A stretch of DNA of 31,416 bases. Source: Pseudomonadota bacterium (lineage in GTDB: Bacteria; Pseudomonadota; Gammaproteobacteria; Steroidobacterales; Woeseiaceae). The DNA is taken from contig JBCAZB010000001.1 in the NCBI GenBank assembly GCA_038533315.1, forward strand, positions 1 to 31,416, in the 5' to 3' direction. A program made the translations under genes and the position numbers. Numbering within the stretch: position 1 is the stretch's first letter; every line of letters starts with the position of its first letter. Under the pieces are notes generated by a model. That model saw nothing but the letters and a program-made list of their open reading frames with translations. It did not search any database and had not been told where the DNA came from. Below are positions 24,858 to 31,416 of this stretch, in pieces.

Positions 24858-25235
24858 ATGAGCAATAACAACTACAGAAGATTCTACCGAGATCGCAGCA
24901 ACCGCAAAATCGCGGGGGTCTGCGCAGGGTTGGCCGATTACTTTGGGTTCGACCTGACAGTCACCCGCATACTTGCTGTCATCGCCTTGCTGGTGGCCCC
25001 GCCGCCCGTCATCATCCTGTATCTCGGCATCGTGTTCCTCGTCCCGGCGCGCGACAATGCGCCAATCGTCGAAGAGCCCCGCCGTAAGTTCAGGACGCAT
25101 TTGCGTTCATCGCCATCCGCTACAGTGACTGATGTGAAGCGCAGCCTGTTACGGTTGGATGCGCGCCTGGCGAAGATGGAGCGGGTTGTCACCTCACCCC
25201 GTTTCGATCTCGACCGAAAAATACGTAATCTATAA
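24858..25235 (+). CDS. pspC: Phage shock protein C
   Basis: Start reassigned to ATG 24858 (GAGGAG SD). FYRDRSNRKIAGVCAGLADYFG, TM, C-terminal MERVVTSPRFDLDRKIRNL. Confidence 0.92.
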   Translation: MSNNNYRRFYRDRSNRKIAGVCAGLADYFGFDLTVTRILAVIALLVAPPPVIILYLGIVFLVPARDNAPIVEEPRRKFRTHLRSSPSATVTDVKRSLLRLDARLAKMERVVTSPRFDLDRKIRNL

Positions 25236-25288
25236 GCGCGTGCGCGCAGAACCGACTACGATTCCAAACACTAAAAGGGAGTGCGTTA

Positions 25289-25525
25289 ATGTTTCCGAGT
25301 AACCCGTTCAGTATGGTCGTCGCCATTGTGTTCATTGGCTGTATCTACAGCATCGTGACGCACTACATCGATTCGCGCGCGAAAAGCCGCGAAGCTGGCG
25401 CCGATTCTGCGGGCAATGACGAAGTGATTAGAATCATTGAAAGCCTCGAGCACAGGATCGTCGTACTCGAGCGTATCGTCACGGACAGCGGTTATAGTCT
25501 TAAGCGCGAGATTGATAACCTGTAA
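25289..25525 (+). CDS. Small Psp-associated membrane protein (PspB-like layout, PspC-like tail)
   Basis: 78 aa, GGGAG SD, N-terminal TM, LEHRIVVLERIVTDSGYSLKREIDNL. Confidence 0.8.
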   Translation: MFPSNPFSMVVAIVFIGCIYSIVTHYIDSRAKSREAGADSAGNDEVIRIIESLEHRIVVLERIVTDSGYSLKREIDNL

Positions 25526-25541
25526 CGCGCCGATCGATTGT

Positions 25542-25898
25542 CTACTCGGAGCGCGCCTTGTATGCACGCACCTGGACGTTAAACTCCGCAGCCAGCGTTT
25601 CCATCTCGGTAACCGCCGCGTTGTAGCGTTTCGTCATTAGCGTGTTGCGCTGTTCCGTAATCTCGGGTGCTTCGTCTGCACTCGCAGCAGATTTGGCTTC
25701 TGCCTCGATACAATCCAGATACGTGTTCATTGAGTTCATGTAACTCTTGACCGCTTTCTGGCCCGCCACCATTTCTTCCTGCGATGCCTCGCTGCCATTC
25801 GGCACCGGTACCTTGGACGGATATTCGCAGGCAGCTTGCGCACCGGCAGACAGGAGCAGCAGGCCGGACAGTGTAAAAAGTGTATTCAACATTTTCAT
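25542..25898 (-). CDS. Secreted/periplasmic hypothetical protein
   Basis: GGAG SD, Sec signal peptide ending AQA, two Cys in the mature part (ACEYP..., YLDC), helical C-terminus. Confidence 0.8.
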   Translation of the reverse strand: MKMLNTLFTLSGLLLLSAGAQAACEYPSKVPVPNGSEASQEEMVAGQKAVKSYMNSMNTYLDCIEAEAKSAASADEAPEITEQRNTLMTKRYNAAVTEMETLAAEFNVQVRAYKARSE

Positions 25899-26050
25899 CG
25901 GTAATCTCCGTGCGCAAGAGACACGGACGCTAAACCGGCGCCTCGCTGTCCCCTGCGATTAATGTCGTCATGATATAAGCAATGGCGGCTGATTTCTAAC
26001 CGCAGCAGCGAGCTTGAAACCGAGAATGGGGAGTAAAGCCCGTATAAGGC

Positions 26051-28516
26051 TTAACCAAACAGAGCGCGATGCTGATCGGTGCCATCTTGCTGCGCACTAA
26101 GCCGGACTGCAAAATCGTCTGCGTCCATCGGTTCCCCGAACAGCATGCCTTGTCCGAAATCGCACTTGAGCGAGCGGAGTAACTTCAACTGGGCCTCGTT
26201 TTCGACACCCTCCGCGACCACGTCAAGTCGCAGGTTGCGACTCATATCAACAATCGCAGAAACGATAGCTGCATCGTTGTCGTCGGTTGCCACGTTGGTG
26301 ACAAACGAACGGTCGATTTTGAGTGTTTTGATCGGGAATTTCTGTAAGGCACTCAGCGACGAATAGCCGGTGCCGAAATCGTCGATCGCTAACTCGAGGC
26401 CATAAGCGCGCAGTTTGTCCAATACCGCCACAGTGCGTGGAATGTCCTCCATCAGCGTCGTTTCGGTGATCTCAAACTCGATATCCGACGGCTTGATGTC
26501 GTAACGCTGGAAGATCCGGTTGATACGATTGAAGAAGTTTCGCTGGCGGAGCTGCTTCAGCGACAAGTTGATCGCGATACGTCCGCAGTCGCCAACCCGA
26601 TTGTGCCAGTCGGCTATGTCTTGGCAGACGCGTTCGATCACCCATTCCCCGATCTCGATGATCAGATTGGTTTGTTCTGCTAATGGAATGAAATCGTTCG
26701 GCTGAATCCGACCGTGATCGGGTAGGTCCCATCGCACAAGAGCTTCTGCGCCTGCGATTTGCCCGCTGCGTAGGTCGTATTTCGGTTGGTAATTCAGTAG
26801 CAATTCGTCGCGTTCAAAGCTACGCCGCAATCGGCTTTTCAGCATCAAGCGCTCGACCGCAGCGTCGTTCATGGCGCTGTCGTAGAACGACAGGCGATTA
26901 CCGCCTGCCTGTTTGGCCGAGTACAAAGCGGCATCGGCGTTGCGTAACAGGTCGATGACGTTATCGGCATCGTCAGGGTACAGTGCGATACCCAGGCTCG
27001 CTGTCATATAGACCTCGTTAGTCTGCACCATGAACGGCTCTGCGATGTCAGCGAGCAGTGCGCGCCCGGTGCCGCGCAGACTCTCCTGCATATCATCGAC
27101 CAACGGCAGATTGTCGACGAATGCCGCGAATTCATCGCCAGCGAGGCGGCCAATGGTCGCGCCTTCCGGGAGCCCTTCCTTCATGCAGCGCGCCATGGTT
27201 TCGAGCGTTGTATCGCCAGCCAAATGGCCAAAGGTATCGTTGATGTCCTTGAACTGGTCGATATCGAGATAGAACAACGCGAGTACTGTGCCGTTGCGTC
27301 GTGCCTTCGCAATCGCACGCTGCAGCAAATGTTGAAACTGCATCCGGTTTGGCACTTTGGTCAGTGGATCCATGCGGGCCAGATAACGTATGCGTTCTTC
27401 CGACCGCTTCCGCTCGCTGACATTCTGTGCCGAGTAGATACGACCGGCGAGCAACGGGTCGTCGGTTTTGATCATCGACATTGTCCAGGCCACCGGTACC
27501 GTCTCGCCGCTATAGGTCAGCATTTGTGCGTCGCGCGGCTGCATACCGGGTGTCATCTTGGCGAACTGGGCCTTGTCGCTATCGTCGATGAGTTCGTCGA
27601 TCGTCATGCCAAGCAACGCGGTCTCTGTGAAGCCAGTCAGATTGATCGTGGCAGCATTGCAGTGGGTGATGAGCCCCTCGTTGCTGGTCACGATGATCGC
27701 GTCGTTCATGCTCGCTAGCACGTTATCGACATAGTCTCGCGATATCGTCGTCTGGCGTAGTTGGTCGCGCATCGCATTGAAGGAGTGCGCGAGTGTGCCC
27801 AGCTCGTCATCGCGGCCAACCTCCAGTGGCTCGCCATAGTCGCCGGCCTGCAATCGCTTGGCCTGACGGGTGATAGCACTGATCGGATCCACCAGACGAC
27901 GTGCTGCGATCCAGCTCGCCGCGCCACAGATCAGCGCAGCCAGTAACGATACACCGATCGTCCACAACGTCGCCCGCTGGCGCCAGGCAAGCCGGGTCTG
28001 TTGTTGGCGTGCTGCAAAGTTCGCAACCTGCTGATTCAGGCCAGCTAGCGAAAAATCGAGCTGAAGTTCGCCGAGCTGGCGACTTCCCAGCAAAATCTCG
28101 CGTCGAACCGTTAGGCGGTTGTCCGTCCACGTTGCTGCAGCATCGCTAACCGGCGCCGCTGGACGATTGCTGGTGCTGGCAACGAGCTGGTTTTGCCGAT
28201 CGAATACAAACGCTGCATCCAGTTGCGGTAAATCGCTGACAGATTCGTCGATAGAGCGTTGTACATCGTTGATGCGATCGTCACGCAGCAAACCGTCGAT
28301 CTCACGCTCCAGTGACAGCATCGCTTGATTCGCGCGTACTTCAAATTGCTGAGTTAGCGTCTGACGGCGAGAATCGATGCTGTCGTTAAGAAACCGATCG
28401 ATGATGCTATTGGTGTTGGCGTAAAGAATCAGAATCGCAGCACAAACCATGGCCAAAGTGACCATCAGCGCACCAAAAAACAGTCTTGGTGCGAGTGCCT
28501 GCGGGAGCAGGCGCAT
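26051..28516 (-). CDS. Membrane sensor with HAMP-PAS-GGDEF-EAL domains (c-di-GMP enzyme)
   Basis: Two TMs, HAMP (GDYGEPL...DDELGTLAHSFNAM), PAS, GGDEF domain (DIDQFKDINDTFGHLAGD, RLAGDEF), EAL domain (AEALVRW, EITET, IDDFGTGYSSL, KIDRSF, AEGVE). Confidence 0.93.
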   Translation of the reverse strand: MRLLPQALAPRLFFGALMVTLAMVCAAILILYANTNSIIDRFLNDSIDSRRQTLTQQFEVRANQAMLSLEREIDGLLRDDRINDVQRSIDESVSDLPQLDAAFVFDRQNQLVASTSNRPAAPVSDAAATWTDNRLTVRREILLGSRQLGELQLDFSLAGLNQQVANFAARQQQTRLAWRQRATLWTIGVSLLAALICGAASWIAARRLVDPISAITRQAKRLQAGDYGEPLEVGRDDELGTLAHSFNAMRDQLRQTTISRDYVDNVLASMNDAIIVTSNEGLITHCNAATINLTGFTETALLGMTIDELIDDSDKAQFAKMTPGMQPRDAQMLTYSGETVPVAWTMSMIKTDDPLLAGRIYSAQNVSERKRSEERIRYLARMDPLTKVPNRMQFQHLLQRAIAKARRNGTVLALFYLDIDQFKDINDTFGHLAGDTTLETMARCMKEGLPEGATIGRLAGDEFAAFVDNLPLVDDMQESLRGTGRALLADIAEPFMVQTNEVYMTASLGIALYPDDADNVIDLLRNADAALYSAKQAGGNRLSFYDSAMNDAAVERLMLKSRLRRSFERDELLLNYQPKYDLRSGQIAGAEALVRWDLPDHGRIQPNDFIPLAEQTNLIIEIGEWVIERVCQDIADWHNRVGDCGRIAINLSLKQLRQRNFFNRINRIFQRYDIKPSDIEFEITETTLMEDIPRTVAVLDKLRAYGLELAIDDFGTGYSSLSALQKFPIKTLKIDRSFVTNVATDDNDAAIVSAIVDMSRNLRLDVVAEGVENEAQLKLLRSLKCDFGQGMLFGEPMDADDFAVRLSAQQDGTDQHRALFG

Positions 28517-28686
28517 CAGCGGTGCCCGCCGATCGCGTATTGCGTAACGTCCATCACGCCCATCTTTGTCGCCTTGCCGGTTGTTATTGTTATTCCGTGG
28601 CTATTTTTGCCTTCATGGGCATATTGACGAATGTGGGTCGAAGCGTCTAGCGCTGTTTCTGCCAGTTTTTCAACATTACATAGACA

Positions 28687-28716
28687 ACGCCCCCGACGCA
28701 AAGCGTGCGGAGGCGT
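28687..28716 (-). terminator. GC-rich hairpin downstream of the bactofilin gene (possible terminator or stabilising stem)
   Basis: Minus strand ACGCCTCCG-C-ACGC-TTT-GCGT-CGGGGGCGT, about 13 bp with one bulge, 23 nt after the stop; U-tract is weak. Confidence 0.4.
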
Positions 28717-28739
28717 GGTAGAGAAGAGCAAGCTTTTGT

Positions 28740-29168
28740 TTAACTTGCTTTTTTGTGTTCCTGGACCAGTTTGTCGTCGCTGCGTTTTTCGACGAAATGA
28801 TTGGAAGCATCTTTACCGATTATTCGCATATCACCGTCAATCACCGCACCTTCCGCGACCGCGATCATATCGCCGGTGACAGTGCCTTTAATTCGCGCGG
28901 TCGACGTGATCTCGATCTTGCCGCTGGCGATCACATCGCCGTCGACTCGGCCGGAGACGATGACATTGGCGGCCTTCAGTGTGCCTGACCATTGTCCGCT
29001 GGGCGTGATCGTGACGACGCCGGACAAGTCGCTGTCGCCTATGACCGTGCCGCTCAATAAGAAGTCATTATCGCCCGACAGACTGCCGTTCAGGCAACAG
29101 CCCTCAGCGATGATTGTCGTCGGCCCTGTTGCAGTATCGCGCACCCGGCGCTTGCCAAACCCTGCCAT
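28740..29168 (-). CDS. Bactofilin (polymer-forming cytoskeletal protein)
   Basis: TIIAEG...G.L.G...L.G.V.G....G.VTITPSG...G.L.A..VIVSGRVDGDVIASGKIEITSTARIKG.V....IAVAEGAVIDG beta-helix pattern. Start ATG 29168 (GGAG upstream) or 29195. Confidence 0.9.
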   Translation of the reverse strand: MAGFGKRRVRDTATGPTTIIAEGCCLNGSLSGDNDFLLSGTVIGDSDLSGVVTITPSGQWSGTLKAANVIVSGRVDGDVIASGKIEITSTARIKGTVTGDMIAVAEGAVIDGDMRIIGKDASNHFVEKRSDDKLVQEHKKAS

Positions 29169-29409
29169 GTCTTCGATCTCCCGTTGCAATGCCATTTAGC
29201 ATAACGTCAGTTCGCAGGAAGAATTGTGACGTGGTTGGCACGTCCACTAATTCGATCCCTTCCGCAGATCACCATGAAGGACGCCCATATTCCCATGCAA
29301 CGCGATTTCCTCGGGTATCCACGGCATCCTCATGACGAAGGCGCTCGCTGGTCGGCAGGTTCGTGTGGTCCGATTCGTGTGAACAGTGGCGACCCTTAGA
29401 CAACGCGCC

Positions 29410-29415
29410 TACAAT
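29410..29415 (+). promoter_or_regulatory. Candidate -10 box for gshA
   Basis: TACAAT 25 nt upstream of the ATG; no convincing -35. Confidence 0.35.
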
Positions 29416-29440
29416 TGACGTTTGAGTGTAAAGGCCTGCA

Positions 29441-31003
29441 ATGACTGCAGTGTTCGAAAAACGCCTGTCGGCTTTGTCTGCCTCCGATCGCAATGCTGCT
29501 GCCGGTGCCCTGACCGGCATCGAGAAAGAGTCCCTGCGTGTCGGTACGGATGGTTTTATCGCAAGCACCGGTCATCCGATCGCGCTCGGTTCTTCACTCA
29601 CCAATCGGTTTATCACCACCGATTTCTCCGAAGCATTGCTCGAGTTCGTAACGCCGGCTTACGACGCGCCAGAACAGGCGCTGACGTGCCTGCACGATAT
29701 TCATCAGTTTACGATGGCGCAGCTCAATGACGAGTTACTGTGGAACGCGAGCATGCCGTGCCTGATTGGCAACGATCAGTCGATCCCGCTCGCACGCTAT
29801 GGCAACAGTAATGTCGCGACGATGAAGACCGTGTATCGACGTGGCCTGAGTTACCGCTACGGGCGTGCGATGCAAGCGATCGCCGGTATTCATTTTAACT
29901 TCTCGCTGGCAGAACAGTTCTGGCCAGTGTTTCAGCAATGCACCGAAGACGGCCAACCGTTAGAGGCGGCACGCGATACAGCCTATATGGCGCTGGCGCG
30001 TAACTTCCGACGCGTCGGCTGGATCGTCTTGTACCTGTTTGGCGCATCTCCGGTGATGTGCAAGAGTTTTCTCGGCGATCGCACCAGTGCTCTCGCAGAA
30101 TTCGATAGTGATACGTTGTTTGAGCCGTACGCCACGTCACTGCGCATGAGTGATCTCGGTTACAACTCCAATGCGCAATCGAGTTTGCGAATATCGCTGA
30201 ATAGCGTGCAGCAGTATGTCGAAGACCTGACCGCCGCGATCATGACATCGCATGCGGCTTACGAACGCATCGGCGTGCAGGTGGGGGGGCAGTGGCGACA
30301 GCTCAACACGAGCATCCTGCAAATCGAGAACGAGTACTACAACACGATCCGACCGAAGCAAGTTGCTCGCAGCGGCGAACGGCCAACGCTAGCGCTGCAG
30401 CGCGGCGGTGTTCAGTATGTCGAAATTCGTTCGCTCGACATCAATCCATTTTCGCCAGTTGGCCTTACCCTCGAGCAGATGCACTACATGCAAGCGTTGC
30501 TCGTGTATTGTCTGTTGCTCGATAGCCCACCGATCGACGAGGCGGAGCTCGCTGAACACGCGGCCAATCATGCACTGGTCGCGCACAGCGGGCGTGCGCC
30601 GGCACTCGAATTACGTCGGCGTGGTAGTAGTGTTTTGCTGCAGGATTGGGCACGCGAGATTCACGAAGGCGTCAGCGCCGTAGCGGCATGGCTCAGTCAG
30701 GAAGACTCCCGCTATCAGAGCGCAGTCGCTGCCATCACGCCGTTAATCGAAGACGCCGACGCCACACCGTCGGCACGTGTGCTGCGAGAAATGCGTGATA
30801 GTGGTTTGCCTTATCACGCGTATGCCATGCAGCAAGCTCGGGACCATGCAGCTTATTTTGCGGCTTTGCCACCAATGCCGGAGCAGCTTGCACGGGCCAT
30901 GCATCGTGAAGCCAGCGAATCGCTGCAAAAACAACAGCGTGTCGAAGCAGAGGATACCGGTAGTTTCGAGGACTATTTGGCGGACTATTTCCGCCTCGAC
31001 TAA
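29441..31003 (+). CDS. gshA: Glutamate--cysteine ligase (E. coli type)
   Basis: GIEKESLRV, HPIALGSSLT..FITTDFSEALLEFVTP, YRRGL..RYGRAMQAIAGIHFNFS, ATSLRMSDLGY, LQIENEYY..IRPK, YVEIRSLDINPF. Confidence 0.96.
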   Translation: MTAVFEKRLSALSASDRNAAAGALTGIEKESLRVGTDGFIASTGHPIALGSSLTNRFITTDFSEALLEFVTPAYDAPEQALTCLHDIHQFTMAQLNDELLWNASMPCLIGNDQSIPLARYGNSNVATMKTVYRRGLSYRYGRAMQAIAGIHFNFSLAEQFWPVFQQCTEDGQPLEAARDTAYMALARNFRRVGWIVLYLFGASPVMCKSFLGDRTSALAEFDSDTLFEPYATSLRMSDLGYNSNAQSSLRISLNSVQQYVEDLTAAIMTSHAAYERIGVQVGGQWRQLNTSILQIENEYYNTIRPKQVARSGERPTLALQRGGVQYVEIRSLDINPFSPVGLTLEQMHYMQALLVYCLLLDSPPIDEAELAEHAANHALVAHSGRAPALELRRRGSSVLLQDWAREIHEGVSAVAAWLSQEDSRYQSAVAAITPLIEDADATPSARVLREMRDSGLPYHAYAMQQARDHAAYFAALPPMPEQLARAMHREASESLQKQQRVEAEDTGSFEDYLADYFRLD

Positions 31004-31038
31004 TGCGTTCTGTCACAATCCGGCAGCGCTTTTTGGTA

Positions 31039-31104
31039 ACTGCGTCACAGATTTACCATAATCGAATACTGAGTCACAGCGCGAGCGCCTACACTGCGTA
31101 ACAG
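31039..31104 (+). repeat. Three imperfect 12-bp direct repeats ACTG(C/A)GT(C/A)ACAG
   Basis: ACTGCGTCACAG 31039-50, ACTGAGTCACAG 31068-79, ACTGCGTAACAG 31093-104, all intergenic. Confidence 0.75.
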
Positions 31105-31127
31105 GCAATTTGCAGGGTTTGAATGCT

Positions 31128-31415
31128 GTGCGACTGACGATACTCATTGGATTTCTGGGCGGGCTAATCGGCTCGCTGACACTGGCGTATATGGCGCCTT
31201 TTCTCGAGCAGTCACGCGTTCGTGGACTAACCGAGGTCGTCACCAATGGGGGGCGTCTGGAACGCTTCGAGATTCATCTCGACGACGATATTCTGATGCA
31301 GGCGCCCGGCACTCAATCGGAGGCGGTGACGATTCCGGCTTCCGCTGAGTGGTTTCCTGAGCTCGCACCCTTCGCCGGGCTGGCAGCTGTGTATCGATTG
31401 CGCAATGAGAACAGT
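31128..31415 (+). CDS. Hypothetical protein with N-terminal membrane anchor/signal, runs off window
   Basis: GTG 31128, open for 96 codons to the window edge: MRLTILIGFLGGLIGSLTLAYMAPF...; not in the ORF track because it has no stop. Confidence 0.7.
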   Translation, partial: MRLTILIGFLGGLIGSLTLAYMAPFLEQSRVRGLTEVVTNGGRLERFEIHLDDDILMQAPGTQSEAVTIPASAEWFPELAPFAGLAAVYRLRNENS

Positions 31416-31416
31416 G

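Noticed and set aside
28695-28704. GACGCAAAGC, a string found in c-di-GMP-I (GEMM) riboswitches, near a GGDEF/EAL gene
   Set aside because: It is on the wrong strand for the downstream gene, has no upstream GGCAAAC/GAAA-tetraloop stem, and is explained by the simple hairpin.
28516-28731. 71-aa ORF whose stop overlaps the EAL gene start (TGATG)
   Set aside because: TTG start without SD, it runs through the hairpin, and the composition is not protein-like; cannot be supported without Ribo-seq.
29236-29250. TGGCAC as a second sigma54 promoter
   Set aside because: There is no GC at the -12 position (reads CTAA).
29274-29399. 41-codon ORF upstream of gshA
   Set aside because: No SD, no recognisable features; likely chance.
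13294-31092. Recurrent GTAGGC/GCCTAC strings in intergenic DNA (13294, 14973-15000, 29406, 31086) as a REP family
   Set aside because: No shared palindrome follows the GTAG; three of the cases are better explained as TACAAT/TACACT -10 boxes.
31039-31104. Direct repeats as a mini-CRISPR
   Set aside because: Repeats of 12 bp and spacers of 17 and 13 bp are too short, and there are no cas genes.
1-31416. Many 60-210 aa alternative-frame or antisense ORFs (e.g. 358-999, 1300-1881, 9827-10459, 17447-17974, 19125-19757)
   Set aside because: They are shadows of well-supported genes in GC-rich DNA and have no motifs or start signals.
1-31416. Mobile element, prophage, defence system or tRNA/rRNA
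   Set aside because: I saw no integrase, transposase, terminal repeats, nuclease/defence motifs or structural RNA signatures.

Overview
Chromosomal, GC-rich, gene-dense window from a Gram-negative bacterium, most likely a gammaproteobacterium (sigma54 pspF/pspABC, membrane-anchored FadE, ExeAB, GshA, DinB and IspA all look gammaproteobacterial). A Woeseiaceae/Steroidobacterales/Xanthomonadales-like lineage is only a guess. I found no tRNA/rRNA, CRISPR array, integrase or transposase. Gene order: yadG/yadH-type ABC pair, SRAP peptidase, DAK2-DegV (FakA-FakB) fusion, exeB/exeA, dinB, ispA, a mevalonate (MVA) cluster, a DUF4286-DUF3667-like fusion, fadE, mdh, a GntR(YtrA)-ABC operon, an expanded psp operon, a small secreted protein, a HAMP-PAS-GGDEF-EAL protein, a bactofilin, gshA and a partial membrane-anchored ORF. 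The main feature is the near-complete classical MVA pathway (about 7.5-14.9 kb), unusual for a lineage that normally uses MEP. It contains mvaD, phosphomevalonate kinase, one 938-aa polypeptide fusing class II HMG-CoA reductase, mevalonate kinase and type 1 IPP isomerase, and a convergent, unusually long HMG-CoA synthase; ispA is divergent and lacks its usual xseB/dxs neighbours. Family calls come from motifs read by eye and residue numbers recalled from known homologues. No database search was run, so all novelty claims are untested.
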